Assembly: GCA_050575255.1 (NCBI GenBank)
Contig: JBNZDD010013686.1
Location: 2,756,293-2,820,292 of the forward strand
Source: Harriotta raleighana
Taxonomy: Eukaryota
Reading direction: 5' to 3'
DNA length: 64,000 nucleotides
This document shows positions 46,761 through 61,774 of the stretch, piece by piece (position 1 is the first letter of the stretch; each line of letters opens with the position of its first letter). Made by a program: the position numbers and the translations under genes. The notes under the pieces are model-generated. The model saw nothing but the letters and a program-made list of their open reading frames with translations. It did no database searches and was not told the DNA's origin.

Positions 46761-49700
46761 TTCCAGGAAATTACTGGGAGCAAGCTGATAAAAGTGCTGC
46801 AGGTTTTAGTTAGGTATCCCCTAACCTACCTGAGAGTATCATTGCTTCCCAGGCCTGTGATGGGGTCAGGAAGAGAGATCCCTCTGGGCTTATCTCACTT
46901 CAGAAAGCAACCAGCAGAAAACTTCTCAGCTGTATCCTCTGTTACCTGATCTGAGATGAAAAAGACTCCAGGACTTCCAAACGCATTTGGAGAGAGAGAG
47001 AGAGAGAGCAGCTCGAGAGGTCTGCCCCCAGGTGTAAAGATGAGATCTGCCAGTGATAAACTCGATCAGAACAAATGATTTCCTCACTGAGGACATCATA
47101 AAGGAAACAAACAAATCAGAAAAAAAATGAAGTTGTAAAATTTATCAAATTCCTTAACTTATTTCTTTTTCAATTCTATTGTGCTATTACTCGCCTTATG
47201 TATGTTACCTTCTCTTCATTCCCGTGTCTTGTAGCAGTACAGACATCTGCTTCCACACCTGCTCGGTCAAAGGGTTAGGCAGATTAGCCCACTTAATACT
47301 CCGTGCCAGGTAACAGGGCTGTATAGTGGATTGGAACATTTACGAAATCCCTTTTTGTCAAAAGTAGTACCATTACAGGCATATCTGCATAAAGAATAAT
47401 AATTATATTTTTGTGCATCGTGGAGAACATAACTGAGCACTATGTGGAATTTAATACCTGTGCATTCCACTTGGTGAGTCATCCAAGTAAGCTGTATGCT
47501 GCTGTAGTGACTGAACAGATATAATAACCTCGCAAATATGTGATTTTCCTCTTTTAGGCTTAAGATGATTCAATTCTATGGGTTACCAACATGCCATCTG
47601 AGCCAATGATGAACAATGCACAGCCTACGTGTGGTTAGCAGCTTAGTGTGCAGGTGGTCTGAAACTCAAATCTGCAAATCCAGAATCATGAATAGAGCAT
47701 CGTTTTGAATCTCTTTTCACTTCCCCGGGCCCCTTTTCACTCGTTTAAGTCTTCTCTGCTGCCAAACTTTGATCTTTGGATGGAAAGGAAGGGATTGTGT
47801 AAGCTGCCAAATTTCTACAGTTATTGGCAATACCCATTCCGAAACGAGCAAACAGAGATATTGGCAGTTTTTCTTCCTTCCGGTTAAGTCACTGATCTGA
47901 TTGTGAACTGGCAAAGCTCACCCAATGAGAACAACTGAGTTTGACTGTTACTCGAGTCTCGGATTCAGACTCTGTGACTTTGCTTGGGAGTCCAATGGTT
48001 GCTCAATAAAATTACCATGCTGCCCTTGTAATAGGAAAACATTTACTGCCAATACTATTAGGTTGACAGCTTTATTCAGTGAATAATGATCCTTGCATTT
48101 GATATGAGGGACCCAAGATTCAGCTGTTTTGTCAGTATCACTGTTACTCTGTGACTTGGTTGGTCGAAGGTATTGTGAGGCAATGAGATTTTAATTGTTT
48201 CTCCTTGATATAATATGTAGCACTCAACATACATTCTTCACTAGTTTAGAGTGGCAGCTTTTGTTCAGAAAACAACCAATGGCCAGAATATTATCAAGCA
48301 AACAATGGTGTGCCTCTCGATTATTCTTCCCAATAATCAAATTATTCTGTAGCTATTTCTGAACTGTTACAGATCACTGAGACTTGTGTCACCACTTGTA
48401 AAACTCACCCCAGCTTGGGTGCATTATACAGGCACAGCATGTTGTGTCTTCTCTGCGGAGTATTGACGGTCCTTGGTGTGTTTCCTTTACATCTATGTTT
48501 TTGTCTGTTTAGTCACCCTCTTATCACCACAAGGGGAGAGAGAAAACAAACTGCTGGAAAGAAGGGAAACCCTTTCAGGAGTCTGAATGCACAAAAAATA
48601 TTGTTTCATTCCTATAATATTCTTGGACTAGGATGCATTTATACTCATATGTGTTTTGTAAAGGTCGACAAATTTTCGACCTCCACTGAATGACAGTATC
48701 TCCCACTATTTCCACAGCTGTACTCAGGAGGAATTAGTGTTTCAGTTTATCAGTGCTAAGATAACCTTTACAAAAGATATGCTAACACCTCACAAAAGAG
48801 GATGAGTTTGATTCCCTAGAACTCCATTGGAACATCAGCCCAAAACAAAGTCCCGATAGATCCCTGCTCCCTTGTCGCCAGAGTCATTAAATCACAATTC
48901 ATTTGTTGGCAATAATTTTCCACAATTGTATGATAATTTGCACGTGGAATTTCTGTTTTAAATTCAAATTGAGTGACTTGTGATCTATCTGCTTGCACTA
49001 CTCAACTATAGAAGTGATATCACACTGCTTACTGTAGAATAATTTCATACCATAGTTATGTATGTATGAAATAATGTTGTTAAATAAATATATCACAATT
49101 TATGTTTGTCTTGTAACATGTAATATTCCTTGAAGCAAATAAATAATTAAATTCAATAATTGGTATACACAGACACACGAAGTACTCAAAGCAATTTGAT
49201 TCATTAATGTACAAACAGGATGGAGGTAGTAGATAAATGAGACAATGTGTACATATCCAGGAAGGTACACTGCAAGCTGAGATCTTTCAGTGATCACAAT
49301 GACATTCTGTTAAAGGATGTTGTTCAAGTAACTCAAACATTAAAACATCCTGCAGTATCGTTTGACACTAGGGGTTATGTTTTGTTTGATTATTCCTTTG
49401 TGCAATTACAGTCTACTTATAAAGCAATGTTTCCTTTGCTTTCTGTCAATATTTGTTAGTTTGTTGACAAAGTGAATTATGTTTCCTACAAGATGTGCCA
49501 CAGCTATTTTGAGTCTTATAAAATCATACATTATTCTCATAAAATAATATCTCTCTAACCATGACTGATATCTGGTGGCCTACTGGAAAACATGGATTGG
49601 GTGTGATTTTTACCCACATCACTTTTACGCTGCAAATGACGATGCCAGTAAAGAGACACTTTGAAGGTGTCTCCATGAAACACAGATTTTCAACCTCCTC

Positions 49701-51562
49701 TGAGAGATAGTGTCTCGCACTATTTCCGAGACGAGAGCAGAGAAATGTCAGGTTCCTGCAAGGTATATAATTTATCCAGAGTTCTTAAAACAAACTAGTT
49801 GGTTGAGTTCAGTCCCTAGATGAATCTATCTTCTGCGTATCTATTTTCTGTACAATCATATGTTTGTCTCAATTTGATAGGAATGCCAAAATATTCTGAT
49901 GCACATGTTTTATCCTGTACAATGCAATAATGGATAGTTGGATAAGATTACAAACTTGTAATCTAATCGAGGGATTCTGGTGGCATTGTTAATGGCAGGA
50001 AACTATAGTGGATAATGTTATTTGAAGCCTGAGGTTAGGTTACTACCAGGTAATTATTGTGGGATATTCTCTTGTTCCTTTTCTTTAGAATAAATATCGT
50101 CGATTCTGAGGTGTGATTTTCTTAGTTTAATTTTTTGTGTCAACATCAGATGCTGACTGCCAGTGCACTCCATCCATTGATACTCGTTGATAAGCGTTTC
50201 CACTAAATTTGCATCAATTTACTTACTGTCCCAGCAGATGCACCTGAAGTGCAGTTCAAACCAACCCCATAATACTGTACTTAAATACCATGTGATTTAT
50301 CTTTCTAAAATCAAACAGCACAGTGAGCATTAATGCTCTTTGTTATTTTAATTGGTAGAAAAGATTCAGCACTAGCGTAAAATGCAGGCCCATATCTCAA
50401 CATTTTGTGCTGGTTGTGTGTGTTCGTGTGTGTGCACCCAGGGGGTGGTGTTGGTGGGGGAGGTGAATAAACCCTGACTGCCTCATTGACCTATATTGTT
50501 CTCAGCCGATGCCCTGACCTGGAAAGTTAGCTACAACAGGAAATGGCATTAGAACAGCTGGTGTTATCATGCTATTGTTCTGGAGGTCGTTTTTCTGAAG
50601 TACTTTGAAGTGTTTAATACCCCGTTATACATTTTAACCTAGGTTATTTTTCGTCGGGTTGGCCTCAATGCTTGTGACCAACAAAGTACCTTTTTTTCCC
50701 CACTAGCCAGGCTTATTCAGATCCTATACAAGTGCACTGGCTGCAGCCTCTTGTTGCTGACGTGGAGAGATAGTGGCGGTTTTGCACATTGGTGTGTCTG
50801 CAGCTGTGTCACATACCAGAAACCATCATTTTGTTATTCACATTGGCAGCAAGACATCCATAGCCATAAGAGAGCACAAACAGTTAGGATTGGAAGTAGT
50901 GCAAATGCTAGAAATAAACTGAGGTGTGAAAAATTTTGCAAATCACTGAATCTACATGTTTATTTGTCTCTATATACAGAAGTCATCGTGGGAATAACAT
51001 GCAAATGATTGTGAAATATTAACCAAAGTGAAGAAATTGGCCAGACGGTTTATTATGTCCAACATCTGCACATTCTAATAGCAAATCATTGAGCCTTTTA
51101 CCTCAGCTCACTATGTAAATTCTTCACTGATAACTGGAAATTAGTTTTTGAACAATATGGGTGTTACCCTAACCAATTGACTGCGTATTAGGTACATAAA
51201 AGTCCAATCGGAATCCGCTATCACAGATGGCTTTAGAGCATCTTATGAAATTGATACCAAAAGCCAATGAAGAATGAAATTACAGTAACGTATAATTAAA
51301 TGCACTGCTGGGGCAAGATGTGTGATAGATTGTACCAAAACAGTTTGGAAGTGTGACTTTTGAATCCGATAACATTAATTCTTATGTCTTGGGACATCCT
51401 CCAGATGTGAAAGATGTGATGTACATACAATTTGTTGTTTGTTGTTGTTCTTTTGGTATAAACATGAATATATTAATGTCAGAATCAAATAATGATAATC
51501 ATGTCTTAGATTGTCACAAGCTGTTTTTGTTGGTGTATGATCAATTTGTGTCTGATGAAATG

Positions 51563-51764
51563 TAATAATAATAATAATCCTTGAATTTGATATAGCACTT
51601 TTCATGTCTTCTAGACATCTCAAAGTGCTTCATAGAATATACTGTAAAGTGAATCGACCGTATATTTATTGGCAAAACGCGGCAGCTGATCATGCACACA
51701 GTGTCCCACAAACAGTTGTGGATTGAAATGACCAATTTTTTTTTGAGGGATTATTATTAGGCAT
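51563..51764 (-). mobile_element. 5'-truncated SINE family A
   Basis: Body and tail match; tRNA head absent. Further 3' fragments at ~300-430(-), 5461-5545(+), 11960-12052(+), 24809-24896(+), 43280-43340(+), 63200-63260(+). Confidence 0.8.
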
Positions 51765-54700
51765 ACATCATTAGACTTGTCTGAATTTCATTTTAAGTCT
51801 GTCCTGAAATCCATGTTATAGTTTTTAAAATTTCAATCCCTTTTCAAAAGTCTATCGAATCAATTACGCAATCAAGAGCTTACTGGAAAACTGATTCTGA
51901 AATTAGGAAGTGGACATGAAATTGACAGGCCACATCAATGAGAAGGGACACTGCGTCTCTCAGTGCTCCTTGGCACAGTGTTGGGAAATGAAGGAGGCCA
52001 CTGGGAGTAGGCAGTTAGCACAGATCAAGGTGATCAGAATTCACACAGATTTATCTGTATGAATGAGGTTTTGTACTGAATGCAATTGATGTGACTTAAA
52101 TCTTTAGACTTTAACAAAAGACATCAGTGGCATGAATAAGTTATTTGTATTCCCAAGATTTTCCCTCAAGATTACTGTACAATTTCTAGATTGAGTAAGT
52201 GCAGGCTCTTTATGACAAAGCATGAACCTGCTTCATAAAGTTGCGTTGGTTTCATTGTGTAAATTTGATAGAAAGGTTTTTTTTCTCCATAATTGACTTG
52301 ACAAATATTAATGAACTTCAAGTTCACTGAGCAACATGAAATGGAGATTCATATTATAATCTCATTTGTCCTTATTGGGATTAGACATCGACACAAAGTA
52401 GACATTTTTTCTGCTTCATCTACTTATAACAAATTCCAGCAGAATAAAAATAAAAGCTAATGAAGAAAAATAAAGATAGAAAAGTTACATTACGATACAT
52501 TTAGTTTATAAATATGTGTCTGCAACAGAGAGCAAAATAATTTATTTCATAGAATTTGACAGGCATTTAGAAACTAATGCAAGAAAACTATAAGCAAAAC
52601 CCTATTGCACAATTATGATTCTCTGGAAATCGACCATTGAAATAATAACACTAAACATCTTTCCAATCTATAAAAATTATGAAGATAACCACATGCAAAA
52701 TTATGTACATACTGGAACATATTTCCATACATGGTTGTTTTTAGTTTTAAAACCACTCATATAAACACGGCAGTTATATTGCAAATGATATAATATATGA
52801 TTTCATGGTTTGCTCTTGTACTATTCTACGATGTAACATTCTTCATTGGCAATATAGAATGTGAAATGAAGCTCAGATAATACGACTTTTGGAAAATTGT
52901 TAAATATCAGGAAATGCCAATGGAAGCGCTAAGCATTTACCCCGGCTCCGAAACTCTACACAAAGATACGTGATCACAAATAACAGGAAACTTTCAATGA
53001 GAAACAGCCTGATCAATAAGCAACGAAAGTTCCATGCTACTGATTAAATAGTAATACTGTACTCGATTCAGACAACACTAGAAAATACATGTCAAGGAAA
53101 TTAATCATTGACATTCTGCAAGAATAAAAGGCCACACCGAGAAAAATGTATGCATCATTACAAGCAATTGTCAGAAACTAAGTGACACAGAATACTACCC
53201 TTTTACCTCTAGGACCTAGGTTGAAATCCAGTCCTACCAATGGATTGAAATGAGTCTCAATTCAGTTTCTTACACAGTGTACACATTCACTATGGAAAAG
53301 TTCTGAATATACAACACAATCTACACTGAGACATGTTGTAAGGATGCCTGGTATGAGAAAAATTCACACTAATGCAATAATGCTGTTCTACTGAGGTTCA
53401 AGTTAAGACTTGCTGTTGGGGGAAAGAGTATCGAAGGCTTTAAGAGTTTAGTATAATTTCAGTTTAATTCCAATGATAAGGCTTTTGGAGTGCAAACTAA
53501 TTTCATAGAAGCAGCAAGAGACAATGTAATGGGAAGTTTACACAAATTTTAATTGATGCTGGTTGCAATGTGAATGCAACAAAAGAAACACTAACATTTA
53601 AAAAAGTATAAGTCACTTTAAAAATTGTATTATGATGAAATTTGTGGATGATGTCTAAGCTAGGTGGGAAGAAGAATAATACAAGGATGAATAGCATTCA
53701 AGCAAGTTAGAACCGATTAAACAGATGGGCCAAGGATTGCCAAATTGATGCGAGTATAAAGGCAAAGTAATGCATATGAGAACATGAAACATCTGTACAC
53801 ATGAAACATCTGTATCAAATGAAGTGACATTAGTCCCAAATGAAAAAAGGATTTGGGTGTAATTGGGATTATTGATAATTTACTGAAGGTCTCCAGTCAA
53901 TGAGCTTCCTGCAATAAAGCTAATCAAATAGTCAATTGCTTGGGTAATTTGGTCTATAAATATAAGAAGTTATTTTAATGTTGAATCACTAATAAAACTA
54001 CATTTCATATATTAATAGTGATGTCCTATGTGGTGGCAAAATACATATAATGGAGAATTTCAATGTTGTCAAAGTGAATCTATTTGCCATCACATGAAGC
54101 ATATCCCCATTTTGTGATTTTCCCTCAAAAGGACGTAACACTTTTGCCAGGGTTCAGAGAAGAGACACAAGAATGATTCCAGAATCGGGACCCTTTGCTA
54201 TGATACAGAACTCACAGAATAGTGAATAACCGGAACAGACTTTCAACAAAAGGCGTTGATATGTGTCAATTAACTCCTGCGTGGGAAAATATCGAAAGTT
54301 GTAGAACTGAGATAGAGTTTTCAGAATATGTTTTGTGGGACAGAGCAATATCACACTGGTACAAAGGAAAATCTGTATATGGAAACTCACATTGCTGAGG
54401 AAACATGGAGGCAGCAACACTTTGTATACGTTTTGTGTGGTGGCTGACATAAGAGCTTGTGATGTTGAACACGGGATATCATAAAATAGATTTTTTTTTA
54501 AAAGTACCATTCTCCAATACAGAATTATTTACGGATGAGTCAGTAGAACACAAAATGAACCATATTACATTGAATTATATTATTCTAAAATTCTGATAGG
54601 CATTACCTATAGCGCCTTGGGTATTGTCAATTACTGATAAGATTTCTCCATTATAATTGTACATCATTCAAAGATACTGGAATTTCGGTTCATCCGTATT

Positions 54701-57700
54701 CTATCATAATTTTACGGAATAATTGTAATGTGGCATTTTAGCGTTGAATATTACATTTTGAACTAGCGAAATGAATTCAGATTAACTGTGCCTGAGTGCA
54801 AATATTGATTGTAAACAATTGTTTGCATGTTGAATAGAAGTGAGTCCGAAGGTGGGCTTTCTCTATTCCTATTACTCATATCCACAAAACTCCAGGGAAC
54901 CCTGTGCTTGCGTTTGCACGGCTGCATTTATTTCAAACAGAAAGGAACTAAGGAACTAAGATCCCACAATGCATCGAGTCAAATCAACATGCTCATTAAA
55001 TTCATGAGATGGCCTCATTGTATGTACCCACACTGTAAGTAATGATGCATGCACTGGAAATTAGGTGCAAGCTGATCTGCAAAAAAAAACCTGTGGCTAT
55101 TACAGATGTACTGGTTTGTGTTGGAATGCTTTATGGAAGAGATCAGCAGTTCTGTTTAAGATTTTTTTTTTCTTTGTCTTACCTTTGTTATAACTTTTTG
55201 GGGGTGGGGGAGGATAGGAGATACAAAAACCGCAAGCTCGATTCCTAATTGGTAAGCAACAAGATAAAGAGTATTGAGAATTATTCGACTTTAAGGCGTA
55301 AAAAAGGAAGGATGTTTTATGTTGGTTAAACAGATGGGTTGCAGAATCAGGTCAATAAATTCAACCATGATGATTTGAAGAACCTCACGGGACAAGTAAA
55401 ATAACAGCTATCGTAGCATTTGATCTAGCGCCTTTCAAGACAGGAGTAAATTGTGTTTTATTGTAATGTGTAGTGACTGTGTAAATCATAGGCAATCAAC
55501 TGGTAACCCTACAATGATAGCAATAATCGGAAACGGAACCCATTAAGATTGGGTACCTCACTGACAAAAAGCATATTTAGTTGTTGAATTAATTGTTTTG
55601 TTACTAATACAATAAAGGATCCCAAATATATCCTAGTGATATAATGGACAGAGAACAAACTTTACTCCCCACTTTACTAACATATGTGGTCTCTAGTTCA
55701 GCATTGGATCCATTCATCATATTCATCAATGGTTATTAGAACATGTGAGGGAGCCATTTCTGAATTCAGTTTTTCTAAGAATGTAATATACAAGTGTTTA
55801 TTATTATTCATTTGCTCATTGCATCCATTTACATATCTCTCTATCAAACTATCATGAGCCTATATTTTTTTTACATGGACGCAAGGTGTGAACCATTCAT
55901 TTGGTTATGAACCACTCAGATGATTCATAATTAATACATATCCCTTTGAAGAGTTCTCATTTCAATATCGTGTGGGCTGAGCTGCAATCTTTGCACTCCC
56001 CATTTCCAGCACATCTACCAGTTTCAATAGGCACAAGCGAGTGAGGCATTTACACCTAATGTTAACAAACTTGAATAATAGTTCATAACACTACATTACA
56101 CTAATATCAAATTGGCATTTTTACAAAACATTTGTAAAAAGATTGCAACCTTCGCAAAATACACAAGCTGAGGACAATTGGCATCACAATACTAAATATT
56201 CATACTGATAATAAATAGGAAATAATGAATTTAAAATTCTAATTTTGTGTGATAATTGCTTTTTACTGTTACATACTGAGAACTTTCTTTTGTTGCCTTC
56301 TGCTACTTAATGCATTAGTTTCTCTCCAACATTATATAATAATAATCCTTGCATTTGAAATATGTTACAAAACAAGAACAAAATCCACTATGCCAGCATG
56401 GGACTTTGGAAAATTGATATTTTCTAAGTGTATTTAAGATTTCTAAAAAACATGACCTTCAGGAAATAGTTAAACTTGAATTCAATTTTAAAATACTTTA
56501 TTGAGAAATATTGAGGGTGCATAACAATTACTGAACTCAAACGAGGACAATACAATCTTTTGTTTCAATATTTTGAACCAAGAAAAAGATCATGTATCAC
56601 TGAATTATCAATAAAGACAAATCTTCTGTGACTTCAAACCATTCTATTGGGAATATCATATCATCAGGTGATCTGGTACAGTCAACAAGGGATGCTTCTT
56701 CTGCACATTACTGTACAGAATCTGATTGTCACTGCATTTGATAACATATTGTGCAATGAGAATATCAATGGATTTGGAAAAATGGGTCACAATATTAACA
56801 GTTAAACTCTCGTTGGTCAGATTTGTTCATTGAGATAATTACAATCACTGGATTTTGAACAAAGATGCAAGAATGCCGGGGAATGTTAGAGGTTAAGACT
56901 CTATTTTCCGAGATGTACAAAGATCTGTTGAAATTTATTTGCTGCATCAAAATCTTTGGAACCTCTAATTAAAAGGCAGAAAATTCAAGACCATTCCATG
57001 TATTCGCCCCCTACCCCAATCCCTGCACCACCACCAAACAATTAGTATTTCAGCTTGTTCTGTGAGATAAAGTGAACACAAACATTGAGAAAATCACTTT
57101 TGATTATTTATGAACTTTCAGAAATTACTATGTTGGGTTGAAACTGATTTTGTGCAAAGAAACTGTGTACAGATTTGCCATCTGGCAACTTTAAACTATC
57201 GAGAAAGCCTGAGAAAAAGAACTGGATTGACATCTTAGACTCACTTTATTTCAGACAGCCTCCGTTAAGAAGTGTAACTTACTTTCTTTAAAAAGGCTGA
57301 ATGAACGTACTGTATAGTAAGAATCACTACATGTTATCTTCCCATTGCTGTTAATGGAAATACATGTACGTGGATATGTTGTTTTCTTGATTCACATTTT
57401 CCCTCCTCAAAGCGTTAACAAAATCAATATTTTTTTCCCCAATTGTAAATGTATTTTGTGTGAAGTGGCCGGGTCAGTTTACCACACGTTCAGCAGCTGC
57501 TATTCTCCAGCTTGTCCCACGATTCCCAGGCTACTAGGATTGACAGGGTGATGATAAACTAATGTGCCCCCTGCTCTGTGCATGGCCCATTGTGAAGACA
57601 GCTGAGACCCTCTGCTGCTATTTGCTTTCTCCCACATGCATTATTCAGAAGCACATGAACAGACCAAGAACCTTTTATTCCCTAATTTTGTATTAAAATA

Positions 57701-59574
57701 ATCCATCACTTCACGGAGTCGAGGTCGAGGCTCATTCTGAGCTCAGTACAAAAAGGACAAAAAGACGGTTCTTCCACAAAAAACTTTTAAGTATTTTTAT
57801 AAACATATAAAACATATTATTTGCAAATATTAGAGTTTACAAACCAATGATTTCATTGTTGCCATTTGCAAATATAAATGTTCTCCTCATTAGACAGACA
57901 GTGTTCCTTTGTTCATCTGTTTAGGCTGAATTTTGGAAGCTTCCTGGGTTAAAGTTATGCTCCATTTTCCTTCACTTGTGAGGATATTTTAAGTAAATCT
58001 CTGGCAAAGACAACAGCTCCCACAATTAAAGATTTGTGAGGTGAAATTCTTCTTTAGTTTTGTTGAAGAAACGAAAGGCCAAAAAGTTTATATCAAAACA
58101 TCAGAAGAGTGAATTAAAACCAACAGAAAGATAAAACTAATTTTGCATGAAACAAAACAGTCAGGAAAGTAGGATAACTTTAAGGAGAGAAACCTTTATT
58201 TTTTTTACTGATGAAATTAAACACTGAAAGGCATTATTTTTATAGCGTTTTCCAAACTAATAATTTTTGTTTGAAACCTTGAAAAGTATAATAAAGTCCT
58301 TTAATAAACTATTGTTGCAATTCTCCGACGCACTGCTTCCTCTTTTTAGCTCATCTCACCATGAAATTGGTTTAATGAAGCAGAAAGGTATGAAGTATTA
58401 GCATTTGCATTTCACTCAGCAGCAAAATGCATTTCAGGGAATGCACAGAATTCTGCCCAAAGTGAAGATGTGCCACAGAAAGATATTATCTCCAAAGGAC
58501 ATCAATATTATTTATTTTCCTCTCATTGCTCAGCAAACGATCAATTGAAATGGCATCTATTAGTCGCAGAAATTAGAACAAAAGGCCCAAAAGAATAATG
58601 AGGACAAGTTTTCCAGAAGTTCAATTAAACCATCTAATACAATTCCCGGTTAATGAATGCTATGCAAATATTAGCGATATGCTAATGATAGGTGGATGTT
58701 AAAGATAGATGTAGCTGAAGCCATTTCTCAGACACCTTCAAAAGTGGATCAAAAGCTTGATTTCAGTTGAATGTGAGCTTTGCAGAAACATTGATCAGGA
58801 TTTGCCATTTTAGAAAAGAAACAGCCATTTGGGCAGTGAATATGTATGAAATTACCCATCCAGATAACCAGCCTGAATATTGTAATGGTGATATGGGAAG
58901 CAACATAATCCTCAGAAAAAAAATGTAAGTGAAAATGGCAAAATTAAAACAAACGTTTTTCCATATAATAACTGATCTCGCACACACTCGTGGGTTTACC
59001 AATCCGAACAAAAGGTGATCAGAATATATACATGTATCTTGCAGTTTTATTCATTTTATTTTTATAGTTGCCTGGTTCAAATCTGGCCTCTGCCTCAACC
59101 CTTCAGCTGAGTGGAGGGTTGGACAGGTTACAAACGATGGGACTGGAGATACAGCATTGCATCATCACATCGATTGTTGCTTTGGCCCATCCAGAATGCA
59201 ACAGATAGCAGCTGTCCACAGTTCAAAAGACACACAAATTATGACCACATATTGTTGATACACACAACTTGCCTAATAAAAACTGAGTTTTAACCTATAA
59301 CATCTGCAAATTGTCTCGTGAAATAATTTGAAAGGACAACTGAAGAGTTGCAATGTCTGAGACAATGGCAGACTGCAAGTCACCAGAGTCTTTTCAATAA
59401 AACTGATTTTAAAGAGATTAAAGAGATTAGAGAGTGAATCCACCTTCAGGGTCCTTTACAAAGGTTTTTTAAAAACTTGGCAAGAATTTTACTTTTTGAA
59501 AGATCAACTTTAACATCTTTTTTGTGCTTTTCCATCTACATTTGCCTACCAGAGCTAGTGCAGATGTACATCGC

Positions 59575-61042
59575 TGAGTGGTTGGTACCAGAGGACTGGA
59601 GGATTGCTAATGTTACTCCCCTGTACAAAAAGGAGCAGAAGGACAAACCTGGGATCTATAGGCCAGTCAGTCTAACATCAGTAGTGGGCAAACTTCTAGA
59701 GTCTATAATCAGGGACAAGATAGATCTTCACTTAGAAAAATATAGGCTAATAAAGGAGAGTCAACATGGATTTGTTAAAGACAAATTTTGGCTTACAAAT
59801 CTAATATAATTTTTCAACGAGGTAACAGAATGGGTAGACGAAGGTAGCGCAGTTGATGTAGTTTATATGGACTTTCAAAAGGCATTTGACAAAGTGCCGC
59901 ATGAGAGGCTTATTAGGAAAATAGAGGACAACGGTGTTAAAGAGACAGTGGTAGCATAGATCCACAACTGGTTGCGAGACAGAAAGCAGAGGGTTGTGGT
60001 GAGCGGCTTTCAAAGCTTGCCTTACAAATCTGACTGGAGGGAAGTGTGCAGTGGCATCCCCCAGGGATCAGTTTGGGACCACTGCTCTTTTTGATATATA
60101 TTAATGATTTGGATTTGGGTTTAGGGAGTACGGTTTCCAAATTTGCAGATGATATTAAGTTAGGGAGAATAGTAAATAGTGAGGAGGATAGTAGCCATCT
60201 GCAAGAGGATATAGATAAAATGGTAAAGTGGGCAGATGAAGTTTAATACAGAGAAGTGTGAGGTGAAACACTTTGGGAGAAGAAATAAGAGGAGGCAATA
60301 TAAGCTAGATAATTTTAAGGGGTGTGAAGGAGCAGAAAGACTTGGGGATTTGTGTTAGTGACTCTTTGAAAGTGGCAGGACAGATAGACACACCCGTTAA
60401 GAAGGCATATGGGATACTGGGCTTTATAAATAGGGGTACAGAATAGAAAAGTCAGGAAGTGCTGATGAACTTCTTTAAGACTTTGGTTAGGCCTCAGCTG
60501 GAGTACTGTGTACAATTCTGGTCACCACACTTTAGGAAGGATATTAAGACATTGGAAAGGGTGCAGAGGAGATTTACTCGGATGGTACCAGGAATGAGGG
60601 ACTTCAGCTATGAGGAAAGGCTAGATAGGCTAGACTTATTCTCTCTAGAATAAAGAAGATTGAGAAGAGACCTAATAGAGGTTTATAAGATTATGAGAGG
60701 TTTCGACAGGGTGAATAGGGTGACTGTTTCCACTGGTGGGTGAATCAGTGACTCGTGATCACAGATTTAAAATAGTTTCAAAATGAAGCAGAGGGGAGCT
60801 GAGGAGAATTTTTTTCACTCAGCAGGTTGTTCGAATCTGGAATGCATTGCCTGAAAAGGTGGTGGAGGCAGATTTCATAACAGCTTTTAAAACGAAACTA
60901 GATTTTTATTTTGGAAGAGTAGGTCTGTTAGGTTATGGGGGAAAGCTGGGCAGTGGGATTGAGTTGCTCTATTCAAAGAGCCGGCACAGACTAGATGGGC
61001 TGAATGGCCTCCTTTTGTGCCGTAAAATTTTATGATTCTATG
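59575..61042 (+). mobile_element. 5'-truncated CR1 LINE (RT domain and 3' end), inactivated by stops and frameshifts
   Basis: VPEDWRIANVTPLYKK..YRPVSLTSVVGKLLE..SQHGF..DFQKAFDKVPH..LGPLLFLIYINDLD..SKFADD..VRPQLEYCVQFWSP; 3' end gatgggctgaatggcctcct..tgattctatga. Confidence 0.95.
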
Positions 61043-61774
61043 AAAAATCACAGATAAATCATAGAACACCTGGTTCCCTTTTTCCCCCCTCGTGCAATTT
61101 AAGTGCCGGAGGAGTGTTTTTGGGGACTTCAAAGGATCTTCAAATGTACAACTAATTTTTTCTCATTTGCACTGAGATGCATCCCACTGTCCATGATTTT
61201 CTCCAATCTAAAATCTGGGCTCTGTCGTATTTAAAATTGGATGGATTGAGGTCAGTGTTGCATCAGATGCCTATAGATTGCAAAGTGTTATCAGTATAAC
61301 ATCACATCTACCAGTTGCCTCACTCCATTTTTAATGCCAGTTGAGCAATCAGAATGAAACAATAATCGCATTGAAGTAATTCTTAAAATGCAGTTTAACT
61401 GGATGCAATAGTGTAAGGGAGCTGAATTGACATCACTGGAGATAAGTCATTAATCCACAGTATTTTAGAGATCTTGCAGTTTCAATTATCTGTGCTAATT
61501 CACCTCTCTTGTCATGTTCGGTTAACCCTTCTAATCTAATCTCCCAGTGATGTCGTGCCTTGAATTCAAAGAAGAATGGTGCAATTAAACAAAAATGAAC
61601 TGTTAGTGATAAAAAAATCTAACTAATCTTTAATAAAGTTACAATGCTGAAAACTGGCCGCGTAATCTTAATGCAGAATAAATGATTAGATAATAATGTT
61701 GCCATTTACTTATTATTAGTCTGGTTAATAGTTCTGTGGCTTTCAAAGTTGTTCATATAATTGCTCACTGAGAG

